Positions 9,506 to 19,006 of a DNA stretch of 64,000 bases are shown here, piece by piece. Source of the stretch: Candidatus Latescibacterota bacterium (GTDB lineage Bacteria > Latescibacterota > UBA2968 > GCA-2709665); NCBI GenBank assembly GCA_963667175.2, contig CAXXXF010000007.1, positions 1-64,000 of the forward strand, written 5' to 3'. The stretch's first letter is position 1; each line of letters starts with the position of its first letter. The notes below the pieces were generated by a model. It was not told the origin of the DNA and did no database searches. It was given only the letters and a program-made list of their open reading frames with translations. A program made the position numbers and the translations under genes.

Positions 9506-11539
9506 ATGAATATCCCGGATTCCCTTTTCCGGCCCATACTCGAAAGTCGGCGAGTCGACTCCGATCCCATCGTTTGCTCGTTGAAACGAAACCTCCGCCA
9601 GACCTGCGAAGACCACCTCAATCTCGATTCGCAGGGTTGTATAGACTATGCGGAACGCCGCTCGGACTTCTGGTCGACCCGGCCCGGCGGCCGCCTGCTT
9701 CCCAAATCGATTGAAAACCTCGCCGTTGGCGGAGTCCTGCTGGACAGGAAGTACGCGGCGGCGGCCTGCGACATCCTGCGAACCATTGTGAAATACCGCA
9801 TCGTTGAGAACTGCGGCGGCACCAACTACGGGCGGCCGTACCGGACGTGGCGGGACAATTGTCTGGATGCCGGCGCCAGTTCCACGATGCTTGCCATCGG
9901 CATGGACCTGCTGAAGAGCGAACTGACGGATGCGGAGCGCCGGGAAATCGGGACCTATTGCCTGCCGTTTATCGACTATCTGATCGAGAATCCGCCGGAC
10001 CCGGAGGAGTCCCGGCCCGACTGGAATATGGCCGCGATCGGACTCATCGGGCTGGGCCTGCTGGGAATGGTATTGTGGAATTACGGCGTACTGGACGAAT
10101 CCCGTTTCAACCGGGCGATCGAGGCGGGCAAGAAGCGGTGCCTGCTCTTTCTCAACAGGGGACACGACGGCCACGGCGCCTTCTACGAGGGCCCCGCGTA
10201 CGGCAGCGCCACGCTTCAGTTCCTGGCGCCGTTCGCGCTGGCGCTGGCCGTCTGCGGAGACAGGGATCTCGTGGGCCACGGCGGATGGGCGCGGATTGCG
10301 GAGGGTCTGGCGTACGAACTCATACCCGCCACCGGACGGCCCAACCCGCTCAACGACTGCGGCGACCAGTTTCACGTCGAGTGGCTGTCCCTCGTGGCCG
10401 CCCAGCAGAAAAACGGTCTCGCCCAATGGCTCTGGCATCGGATCGACAAACCGCCGGACGACGGCGGAACCTGGAGACCGCCGGACAATTTCTGGAGCGA
10501 TACGGTCAACCGATACCTCCTGTATATCGATCCGTCAGTCGAACCCGTTTCCCCCGGCGGGCTCGAACTGCCTGCCGTAAAACACTTCCCCAACCGCGGG
10601 CTGGTGGACGTCCGGTCGGGGTGGCGGCCCGACGATTTTTTTCTCTCGTTCCTGTGTGACGTGTTCCCGGCGGGCGGACACCGGCAGGCCGACCGCAACC
10701 AGTTTTCGCTGCACGCCCTCGGAGAGACCTTTGCCTGCGATTCCGGTTACGCGCTCGAGCGGCTCCCGGACACCACCGAAGTCCTTCGCCTGGGCGCTCT
10801 GGGCGAAGCCCACAATCTGCCCATGGTGATGGGGGAGATGCAGCGCCGCGGTCCCACGCGAAACGACGGCATCGTCCGCGCGGAACTCCAGGGCGCGTTC
10901 CCCTTCGTGGAGGGCGAAGCCGGCGACAGCTACGGTTGCGCGCAACGGTTCGTCCGGCGGGCGCTGTGCCTGCCGGATGCGCGGGGCGCGCCAGCCGCCG
11001 TGATCGTCGTCGACCGTCTGGATTTCGAGATGCCGGACCGTCCGATCCTGTCGTGGCTGCTGCACACGGCCGCGAACAACCGGGTCGAGTTGGGCCGGGA
11101 CCGGTTCACGATCGTGGGGGGAAGACAGGGAAACCGCTGCGACGTCCGGATTGCCGCGCCCTGGCCCGGTCGCTGGAAGGAAGACGTCTTTCACGACCAT
11201 CCCCGGTTGCGCTACGACTGGTTCTGGAGCCCGCTGTTCTGCGTTGTCGCGCTTGTCCCGTACCGAGACGGCGCGTCTCCGCCCGAAATCGATGCGGCAG
11301 GCGACGCGTCGGGATGCGCCATCCGCATCCGGGTGGATGCCGTGACCGACACGGTACTGACTGCCGCGCCGGACACCGCGGTTGCTTTTAACGGCATCGA
11401 AACCGACGCCGAGTTCGCCCACGTCCGCATTGCGGACAAAGGCGTCGACGCCTGCCTCGTGGCAGAGGGCTCCCGGCTCGTCGTTCGTGGAGACGCCGTT
11501 GTCTCCGAACCTCACGCCGTGGGTTTTCTCAGGCTCTGA
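9506..11539 (+). CDS. heparinase II/III-like (alginate lyase-fold) protein
   Basis: YEGxxY, GHRQADRNQF, DSGY, AHN motifs. Confidence 0.7.
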   Translation: MNIPDSLFRPILESRRVDSDPIVCSLKRNLRQTCEDHLNLDSQGCIDYAERRSDFWSTRPGGRLLPKSIENLAVGGVLLDRKYAAAACDILRTIVKYRIVENCGGTNYGRPYRTWRDNCLDAGASSTMLAIGMDLLKSELTDAERREIGTYCLPFIDYLIENPPDPEESRPDWNMAAIGLIGLGLLGMVLWNYGVLDESRFNRAIEAGKKRCLLFLNRGHDGHGAFYEGPAYGSATLQFLAPFALALAVCGDRDLVGHGGWARIAEGLAYELIPATGRPNPLNDCGDQFHVEWLSLVAAQQKNGLAQWLWHRIDKPPDDGGTWRPPDNFWSDTVNRYLLYIDPSVEPVSPGGLELPAVKHFPNRGLVDVRSGWRPDDFFLSFLCDVFPAGGHRQADRNQFSLHALGETFACDSGYALERLPDTTEVLRLGALGEAHNLPMVMGEMQRRGPTRNDGIVRAELQGAFPFVEGEAGDSYGCAQRFVRRALCLPDARGAPAAVIVVDRLDFEMPDRPILSWLLHTAANNRVELGRDRFTIVGGRQGNRCDVRIAAPWPGRWKEDVFHDHPRLRYDWFWSPLFCVVALVPYRDGASPPEIDAAGDASGCAIRIRVDAVTDTVLTAAPDTAVAFNGIETDAEFAHVRIADKGVDACLVAEGSRLVVRGDAVVSEPHAVGFLRL

Positions 11540-11565
11540 AAACGCGGCTCCCGGCCGGCATCCTG

Positions 11566-11835
11566 CAGTCCGTTGACAAAGTCGCTCTGCAGGCGAGGCC
11601 GAGTCATTGTGGCCGAAGACAAGGCGCGCCTGTCTGCGTGCCTGCCTGCGCCGAGACGTGCTCGGCAGGCAGGCGGACACGCACAGGCAGGCGACCGCGT
11701 CGAATCTGGGGATTCGGTAAGGGAGCGCCTGCCGGCCGCAGGCAGGCAACGCAGTTATTCGGACACAAGGGCCGGACGCCTGTCTGCGTGCGAACGCACA
11801 GGCAGGCAGCCCGGATGGACTTTTTCAACGGGCTG
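11566..11835. repeat. MITE-like intergenic element with terminal inverted repeats and nested hairpins
   Basis: cagtccgttgacaaagtc ... gactttttcaacgggctg (16/18 inverted match); internal cctgtctgc...gcaggcagg hairpins. Confidence 0.65.
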
Positions 11836-11859
11836 TTAAACCCTTCAACAAAAGGTCAA

Positions 11860-13263
11860 ATGACAATGCCTCTTTGGAAACCGGACCCGTCCTTCTATCC
11901 GTCGGCCAGAATGGCCATGCAGGCTCCTCCCGAACGGTACGGTTACGTCTCGGCGCTCAACGCCGGCGAAAACGATCGGCCCGACGCCCTGTGCGTTGTC
12001 GATCTCGACGCGCAATCATCGACCTACGGCCAGACGATACACACCCTTGAAATGCCCTATTCCGGTGACGAACTCCACCACTTCGGCTGGAATGCCTGCA
12101 GTTCGGCGCTGTGTCCCTATGCGCCCCACCCCCACCTGGAACGACGGTACCTGATCCTTCCGGGCCTGCGCTCGTCGCGTATTTATATCGTGGATACGAG
12201 ACCGGATCCAGCCAGGCCGCACATTGTCAAGATTATCGAACCCGAAGACCTCAAGGCAAGGTCCGGGTACAGCCGGCCCCACACCGTACATTGCGGCCCC
12301 GACGCGATCTACGTCAGCGCGCTGGGTCCGGCGAACGGCACGGATGGACCGGGCGGGATCTTTCTGCTGGACCACTTCAGTTTCGACGTGATCGGGCCAT
12401 GGGAAATCCATCGCGGATCGCAGGAGCTGGCCTATGACTTCTGGTGGCACCTGGCTGAGGACGTGCTGATGAGCAGCGAATGGGGCACGCCGGAGCAGTT
12501 CGAAAACGGGGTCGTGCCCGAGGACTTGCTCGCGAACAAATACGGCCACCGGCTTCATTTCTGGGACCTCAGAAAGCGCCGGCTCGACGCGTCCGTCGAC
12601 GTCGGCCCCGAGAACCAGATGCTCCTGGAACTGCGGCCCGCGCACGATCCCCGGAAGACCTACGGATTCGCCGGGGTGGTGGTCTGCACGGAGGACCTGT
12701 CTGCGTCCATCTGGACCTGGTTCCGCGAAAACGGCGAGTGGCGGATGCGAAAGGTCATCACGATTCCAGCGGCGCCTGCCAACGCGTCGGACCTGCCCCC
12801 CTTGCTGAAGGCGTTCGAGGCCGTTCCGCCGCTGGTCACCGACATCGATCTCTCCCTGGACGACAAGTTTCTCTACGTCTCGTGCTGGGGCCTGGGCGAA
12901 CTGCGCCAGTACGACGTTTCTGATCCGTTCCGACCGGTTCTGACCGGCAAGGTTGAAATCGGAGGTATCGTAAACAAAGCGTCGCACGCAATGCGTAACG
13001 GCTCACTGACCGGCGGACCGCAGATGGTGGAGGTCAGCCGCGATGGACGGAGGATCTACTTTACCAATTCCCTCTACAGCGCCTGGGACGACCAGTTCTA
13101 TCCGGCAGGAATGGACGGCTGGATGACCAAAGCGAACGCCGACCCCGACGGCGGCCTGGAACTGGACCCCGGATTCTTCGTCGAATTCGGCCAAAGGCGC
13201 GTCCACCAGGTCCGCCTGGAAGGAGGAGATGCCTCTACCGACTCTTTCTGCTACCCTTCCTGA
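11860..13263 (+). CDS. selenium-binding protein 56 (SBP56)/methanethiol oxidase family
   Basis: DPSFYPS, GDELHHFGWNACSS, RPHTVHC, YDFWW, GGPQMVEVSRDG signatures. Confidence 0.92.
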   Translation: MTMPLWKPDPSFYPSARMAMQAPPERYGYVSALNAGENDRPDALCVVDLDAQSSTYGQTIHTLEMPYSGDELHHFGWNACSSALCPYAPHPHLERRYLILPGLRSSRIYIVDTRPDPARPHIVKIIEPEDLKARSGYSRPHTVHCGPDAIYVSALGPANGTDGPGGIFLLDHFSFDVIGPWEIHRGSQELAYDFWWHLAEDVLMSSEWGTPEQFENGVVPEDLLANKYGHRLHFWDLRKRRLDASVDVGPENQMLLELRPAHDPRKTYGFAGVVVCTEDLSASIWTWFRENGEWRMRKVITIPAAPANASDLPPLLKAFEAVPPLVTDIDLSLDDKFLYVSCWGLGELRQYDVSDPFRPVLTGKVEIGGIVNKASHAMRNGSLTGGPQMVEVSRDGRRIYFTNSLYSAWDDQFYPAGMDGWMTKANADPDGGLELDPGFFVEFGQRRVHQVRLEGGDASTDSFCYPS

Positions 13264-13900
13264 CGGGCTGGGCCCGTGGCTGGCGATGATCGGCTTCGGC
13301 GCCTTTCACGGACTGAATCCCGGGATGGGCTGGCTGTTCGCCCTGTCCCTGGGACTGCAGCAGAACAGCGGACGCGCCGTCTGGACGTCGCTGTTTCCCA
13401 TCGCCGCCGGCCACGCAGCCTCGATCGCCCTGGCGGCCGCGCTCGTGCTGGCAGGCCTCCACCTGATCTCCCAGTCCGCACTGCAGTGGACGACGGCCCT
13501 CGTCCTGATCGCCTTCGGGATCTACAAGCTGTTCAACTACTACAGACATCCGAAATGGGTGGGCATGAAGGTCGGCGCGCGCGACCTCTTCGCCTGGTCG
13601 TTCCTGATGGCGACCGCCCACGGCGCCGGCCTGATGGTCATTCCCGCGCTTGTGGGCGTGGCAACCGCCCACGACCGCCACGTTGCTTCCAATGCGGACT
13701 CGCTGGCGAACGTCTTTCTGGCGGTGGGCATCCATACGCTCGCCATGTGGCTCGTTATGGGCGCCGTCGCGTGGATCGTGTACCGCAAATTGGGACTCGC
13801 GGTGCTGCGCCGGAAATGGATCAACTTCGACCTGATCTGGGCCGTCTCCCTGCTCGTGGTCGGGAGCATCGCGCTCGTGACGGCTTTATCGGCCCGTTGA
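13229..13900 (+). CDS. membrane protein coupled to SBP56
   Basis: GAFHGLNPGMGWLFA and WSFLMATAHGAGLM His motifs; overlaps the SBP56 3' end. Confidence 0.8.
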   Translation: MPLPTLSATLPDGLGPWLAMIGFGAFHGLNPGMGWLFALSLGLQQNSGRAVWTSLFPIAAGHAASIALAAALVLAGLHLISQSALQWTTALVLIAFGIYKLFNYYRHPKWVGMKVGARDLFAWSFLMATAHGAGLMVIPALVGVATAHDRHVASNADSLANVFLAVGIHTLAMWLVMGAVAWIVYRKLGLAVLRRKWINFDLIWAVSLLVVGSIALVTALSAR

Positions 13901-13961
13901 AAGAGTCCATCCGGACTGCTATAGACGGGGTTTCGCGAGGTTTCGGCGCCCGGACCCGCTG

Positions 13962-14807
13962 TCATTCATCCGACACCCGACCCAGGGCGTCGATCACCGG
14001 ATCCACGTCGAACACGTAGCCGAACATCAGCGACACCCGCCACAGCGCAATCTCCTTCGCCCATTCCTCCGAGCAGCTCTCCCCGTTCTCCACCGCCGTC
14101 GTCGCCTGCCGGATGGTCGAGCATACGTACCCCATCCGCCCCATGTCGATCATCCCGCCCGGACTGGCGAGAAGGCACCAGTTGATGGCGAACCCGATAT
14201 AGATCAGATGCCAGATTTCCCGCTCCCGGCACGCCGCGTTGAGCTGACGCGAATCGATCACCACCGGCTCTGCGGCTTGCGGAATTGCCTGCGGCGCAAA
14301 GTCGATATGCTTGAATCCGGCCGCGATATCCGGCTGGTTGTGGGCGCCGGTCATCTGCCGGCCCCGTTCCGCCTGCCACGTTTTCTTCAATGCATCGTCC
14401 ACCGCGCCCGGGGCAGCGTTCGGGGCGCCTCCCGCAATCGCCTTGATGCGCTGGTATTCGTCGTAAGACGCCGTATAGCTCTCGCTCGACCCCACGTGAA
14501 TGACGCACATTCCCGATCGCCTCGCCGCCCGCAACAGCGGCGGAAACACATCCTGCGAGATTTTCATCGCCCTCGGCAGATACTCCACCATGCGGAACCA
14601 GCCGTCGTACGGCGACCCGGGGCCCGGCGGGATTTCGTCGACCAGACCGGGATTCCAGGCATGCATGCTGACCAGCGCCGTCCGTTCAAGCGGTACGTCC
14701 AGCATCCGCGTGGTCCAGCCCGCGTACCCGCGCCCCGGAACGTCGGCGCCCAGGTCCGCGTCGTGCTGCCGGTAGTAGTGCGCCGGAAGCGTTAACCTCT
14801 CGCCCAT
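13962..14807 (-). CDS. isochorismatase/cysteine hydrolase-like protein
   Basis: TALVSMHAW, LIYIGFAINWC motifs; AAGGGAGG RBS. Confidence 0.6.
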   Translation of the reverse strand: MGERLTLPAHYYRQHDADLGADVPGRGYAGWTTRMLDVPLERTALVSMHAWNPGLVDEIPPGPGSPYDGWFRMVEYLPRAMKISQDVFPPLLRAARRSGMCVIHVGSSESYTASYDEYQRIKAIAGGAPNAAPGAVDDALKKTWQAERGRQMTGAHNQPDIAAGFKHIDFAPQAIPQAAEPVVIDSRQLNAACREREIWHLIYIGFAINWCLLASPGGMIDMGRMGYVCSTIRQATTAVENGESCSEEWAKEIALWRVSLMFGYVFDVDPVIDALGRVSDE

Positions 14808-14890
14808 TGGTCCTCCCTTATTGTGGCGCCCGACCCGCCGCGGTGGGCTGGCGGTTCGGCCGTGTTGTCCTTCCCGATGCATGCATTCAT

Positions 14891-16096
14891 TCAAATGGCG
14901 CCGTCACTGCGGAGCTTCTCGATCTCGTGGTCGGAATAACCGAGATAGTCGCCCAGAATCGAGCCGTTGTGCTCTCCCAGCGAAGGCCCCCGCCGCGGTT
15001 CAACCGGGGCGCCGCCGACCTTGACGGGACTGGCGACCACCCGGGCGGCCCCGTACTGCGGATGCGGCAAGTCCAGGACCATGTCGTTCTCGGCGACGTG
15101 CGGATCGGAAAAGGCCTCCGCAACCGTATTCACGGGGGCGCAGGGCACCTTGCCCCTGAGCAGCTCCAACCAGTCGGCGGTTGTTTTCGTGCGGAATCGG
15201 TCCTTCAGGATCGGAACCAGAATCTCCCTGTTTTCCAGGCGATCCGCGAAAGATGAAAATCGGCGGTCCTCAGCCAGTTCCGGCGCCCCCAGCACGTGTG
15301 CCAAATTGCGAAAGAACTTCTCCTTTGCACACATGATCACGAGCCATCCGTCGCTTGTCGGCACGACCTGCGACGGGATCTGCGACGGGTGCGACGAATC
15401 CGGCATCCGATGCGCCTGGTACCCTTTCGTCAGGTACCACGCCGCCACGTACCCCAGATGCGCCAGCGCCGTGTCGAACAGATTCACGTCCACGTCGCAC
15501 CCGAGTCCCGACTGCCTCGCCCGGAAGATCGCGCTTGCCATGCCCAGTCCCGCCAGGGCGCCCGCGGAGAGGTCCACAAGTGAGAGTCCGGTCTTGGTCG
15601 GCGGGCCGTCCGGCTCCCCCGCAAGGCTCATCCAGCCCGCATATCCCTGCATCAGATAGTCGTAACCCGGCTCCTCCGACCGAGACCCCCGACGCCCGAA
15701 CGCGGAGAGGGAACAGCACACGATCGAAGCCTTGACCTCACGCAATGCCGGATAGTCCAGCCCGAGCCGGGCGGGAAGGTCTCCCCGCAAGTTGTTGAAC
15801 ACCCCATCTGAAATGCCGACCAGCCGATGCAGGACCTCCTTGGCGCCCGGACGCCGCAGATTCAACGTGATGCTCTTCTTGTTCCGGTTGAAACTCTGGA
15901 AATAGAGGCTGTCCTGCTCGACGGCATACGGCGGCACGTACCGCGCGACGTCGCCGCCGGTCTCGGGATTCTCGACCTTGATGACTTCCGCCCCCAGGTC
16001 CGCCAGCATCATCGTGCCCCACGGACCGGCCCCGAACTGCTCCACCGAGACAATCCTCGTTCCGTCCAGGGGCGGCTGCTGATTTTGTTCTCCCAC
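14891..16096 (-). CDS. CaiB/BaiF family III CoA transferase
   Basis: AGPWGTMMLADLGAEVIKVE, NRNKKSITL, PGYDYLMQ. Confidence 0.92.
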   Translation of the reverse strand: MGEQNQQPPLDGTRIVSVEQFGAGPWGTMMLADLGAEVIKVENPETGGDVARYVPPYAVEQDSLYFQSFNRNKKSITLNLRRPGAKEVLHRLVGISDGVFNNLRGDLPARLGLDYPALREVKASIVCCSLSAFGRRGSRSEEPGYDYLMQGYAGWMSLAGEPDGPPTKTGLSLVDLSAGALAGLGMASAIFRARQSGLGCDVDVNLFDTALAHLGYVAAWYLTKGYQAHRMPDSSHPSQIPSQVVPTSDGWLVIMCAKEKFFRNLAHVLGAPELAEDRRFSSFADRLENREILVPILKDRFRTKTTADWLELLRGKVPCAPVNTVAEAFSDPHVAENDMVLDLPHPQYGAARVVASPVKVGGAPVEPRRGPSLGEHNGSILGDYLGYSDHEIEKLRSDGAI

Positions 16097-16108
16097 CGGG
16101 TTCTCCCG

Positions 16109-16957
16109 CTATTGGAGACGGTCCAGAATCCTTCGCGCCTGCTCCAGGACCGGCCGGTCCACCATCTTTCCGTCCACGGATGCCGCGCCGCCGTCCTGCC
16201 GGTCTTCGAATGCCGTGACGATTCGACGGGCCCGGGTTATCTCGACTTCCGAAGGACTGTAGATTTCATTCACGGCGCCGATCTGACCCGGGTGGATCAC
16301 GGCCTTTCCGGCGAGTCCCAGGTCCCGGGCTTCCCTTGCCTCCCGGGCCAGTCCGCCAGGATCCCGGATATCGGTAAACACTTTGTCGATGGTCAGGATC
16401 CGTCCGCACGCCGCGGCCACGACCAATGCCGATCGGGCGTACGCGACAAGCCCCTGTCCCGGGTGCGACAAGAGGCCCAGATCCAGCGCGAAGTCCTCCG
16501 CGCCGAACATAAGCCCCACCAGCCTGGGCGTTGCGGAAGCAATTGCGGGGGCCTGAACCAGGCCCGCGGCGCTTTCGATGGTTGCCAGCAGCCTGACACC
16601 GCCTGATTTCATCCCGGTCGACGCCTCTTGCCGGTCCAGCCTTCCACACAGTTGAAGTACGTCCTCAGGTCCCTGCACCTTGGGCAACACGAGTCCCTGC
16701 AGCCCGGGACGCGCGACCGCATCCAGATCGGCGTACCATTCGGCGGACCCGGCCGGATGGACGCGCACGTACCGCTCCGGGCGACCGGACGCCGCACCCA
16801 GCGCGGCGGCGACCTGCCGGCGGGCGGCGTCCTTCCCGTCCGCCGGAACGCCGTCCTCCAGATCGTAAATCAGAACGTCCGCCGGCAATCCGGCCGCCTT
16901 GTCGATCATCCGCTGCCGGTGTCCCGGAACAAAGAGCCAGGACCGCATCGCATTCAC
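16109..16957 (-). CDS. CitE-like CoA-ester lyase (HpcH/HpaI family)
   Basis: RSWLFVPG, DLEDGV, LPKV, FGAEDF, GKAVIHPGQ. Confidence 0.9.
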   Translation of the reverse strand: MNAMRSWLFVPGHRQRMIDKAAGLPADVLIYDLEDGVPADGKDAARRQVAAALGAASGRPERYVRVHPAGSAEWYADLDAVARPGLQGLVLPKVQGPEDVLQLCGRLDRQEASTGMKSGGVRLLATIESAAGLVQAPAIASATPRLVGLMFGAEDFALDLGLLSHPGQGLVAYARSALVVAAACGRILTIDKVFTDIRDPGGLAREAREARDLGLAGKAVIHPGQIGAVNEIYSPSEVEITRARRIVTAFEDRQDGGAASVDGKMVDRPVLEQARRILDRLQ

Positions 16958-17484
16958 CCGTCCGTCTCCTCGCGAATCTCGGGAAAGGCGCTTCCCGACG
17001 GCGCATGCGCCCGCTTGTACACCATTACGCTGCGAGTCAGATCGATAACGACCCGGCCGTCCTGATTCACGCCCCGCGTCCGAACCGTCACAATGCCCGC
17101 TTCCTGGAACGACCCGGACTCACGCATGGCGAGCACCTCCGTCTCGCAATAGAGCGTATCTCCTACGAATACCGGATGGGGAAGGCGGACTTCGCTCCAT
17201 CCCAGATTCGCCATGGCCTGCTCGCTCACGTCGGGGACGCTCATGCCAACGACCAGCGAAAGCGTAAACGTACTGTTCACCAGGATCTTCCCCCACCGCG
17301 TCCGCCGGGCATACTCCTCGTCGAAGTGGAGCGGATTGGTATTCATGGTCAGGTGCGTGAACAGCTGGTTGTCGGCCTCCGTGACTGTCCGGCCGAACCG
17401 GCTCCGGTAGACTTCGCCCACGGCGAAATCCTCATAGCACCTCCCGGTCCAGCCCGGAATCACCTTTTTCGCCGCCTTCGCCAT
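16954..17484 (-). CDS. MaoC-family acyl-CoA hydratase
   Basis: GRCYEDF, RTVTEADN, NTNPLHFD, PVFVGDTL. Confidence 0.9.
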   Translation of the reverse strand: MAKAAKKVIPGWTGRCYEDFAVGEVYRSRFGRTVTEADNQLFTHLTMNTNPLHFDEEYARRTRWGKILVNSTFTLSLVVGMSVPDVSEQAMANLGWSEVRLPHPVFVGDTLYCETEVLAMRESGSFQEAGIVTVRTRGVNQDGRVVIDLTRSVMVYKRAHAPSGSAFPEIREETDG

Positions 17485-17648
17485 ACGAGTTCCCTTTGCC
17501 CCGACGTCCGCCAATGACCTCAAGCGCGTTTCCGCCCCGCGAATCCCCTTTTGGGTTGACTTCCCGGCTGTGATCGTCCATAATATGTTTTCGCCGCAAT
17601 TTGTTGTCCAGCGCTTTCGAACGCGAATCGCCCAAATCCGGTTCAATA

Positions 17649-18875
17649 ATGTCCGACCCATCAACCGCAGGCCTGAAGGCGTTGCTGAACCGCCGGTTCG
17701 TCGCCCTGCTCGTCGTTTCCTTTCTTGCCAGTTTCGTCTCCAGCCCTCTCTATTCCTCGCTCCTTCCCGTTTACGTGGAAGCAGGTCTTGCCCGTTCCCC
17801 CCTCTTTTCGGCCGGTTTGCGCGGCCTCTTCTTCATGCTGGGGGGCCTTTGTTCCGTGCCCGCCGGCATGCTGTGCGACGCCTTCGGCATCAAGCGGGTG
17901 CTGATTCTGGGCCAGTTCGGGCCGCTGCTGGCGGGGGCCATCTTTCTTACCGGCGACCCGTATCTCCTGTCAGCCCTTTGTATCGGCCTGGGCATGACCT
18001 TCGGATTCAGCAGCACGGGCGGGCAGAGCTATCTGCTGGGCGCCGTTCCGCCGCGTGTTCTGGGCATGGCGGCTGGCGGGTATTTTCTGAGCAGCACGCT
18101 CGGCAGCGCCGCGGGCAACCTGCTGGCCGGACCCATCGCCGACAACCTGGGATACGAACGCCTCGGGGTTCTGGCCTGCGCCACCGCGGCAGGGATCGTC
18201 GTTCTGTCGCTCCTCCTGCTGCCCAGCCTGCCCCGTCCCCGGAATGCGGGCGGGTCGGCCATCGGTTCTCTTGCGGGATTCATCGACCTGTGCCGCCGCC
18301 GCGAAGTCCGTCTGCTGCTGGCCATCCGGTACCTGCCCACCAGCTATTGGGGCGCCGTGACTCTGCTCATCCCGTTGCTCATCTACCGGATCTCCGGAAC
18401 GAACACGTCTGTCACCACGTACAGCGCCGTCAGCCTGGTCGCCGCCTGCGGCTCGCAGTTGCTGACGGGCCGGCTGGTCGATCGCATCGGCCGCTGGAGG
18501 CCGGTCTTCATCTCGTCCTCGCTCGTGGCCGTCAGCGCCGTTGGCCTGACGTTTACGGCGCACACGCTCGCCGGCCTGTACATCTTCGGGATCGTGGCAT
18601 CCGTTTTCGCCTGGTCTCTTTCCACCACGATGCCGGGTATCCTCCAGTTGACCGCCCGGGAGGGTGAAGAGGGCCGGGTGGTCGGCAGCGCACACGTGGC
18701 ATGGAGCGCCGGCATGCTCTCCGGCAGCCTGGGCGGCGGCAAACTCATCGACTGGGGTACGTCGGCGCCCTTCGCCATCGGCGCCGTATTCGCACTGGGT
18801 GCGGTGGCCTGCGGCATCGGACTGTACCACGTTCATCGCGCATCCGATCCCGGTCCCGAGACACCCGCGCTATAA
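17649..18875 (+). CDS. MFS transporter
   Basis: About 12 hydrophobic segments; GRLVDRIGR motif A. Confidence 0.85.
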   Translation: MSDPSTAGLKALLNRRFVALLVVSFLASFVSSPLYSSLLPVYVEAGLARSPLFSAGLRGLFFMLGGLCSVPAGMLCDAFGIKRVLILGQFGPLLAGAIFLTGDPYLLSALCIGLGMTFGFSSTGGQSYLLGAVPPRVLGMAAGGYFLSSTLGSAAGNLLAGPIADNLGYERLGVLACATAAGIVVLSLLLLPSLPRPRNAGGSAIGSLAGFIDLCRRREVRLLLAIRYLPTSYWGAVTLLIPLLIYRISGTNTSVTTYSAVSLVAACGSQLLTGRLVDRIGRWRPVFISSSLVAVSAVGLTFTAHTLAGLYIFGIVASVFAWSLSTTMPGILQLTAREGEEGRVVGSAHVAWSAGMLSGSLGGGKLIDWGTSAPFAIGAVFALGAVACGIGLYHVHRASDPGPETPAL

Positions 18876-19006
18876 GTCGGCTGCCGATCGATGCGCTTGC
18901 GCGACGGCCAAAGATCCTTATATTCGTAAGGCTCCCGCCACGGCCGCCTGATGCGGGCCCGGCATTCCATCCCCGCCATTCGCCGGACAACGATCAGAGG
19001 TTCCCA

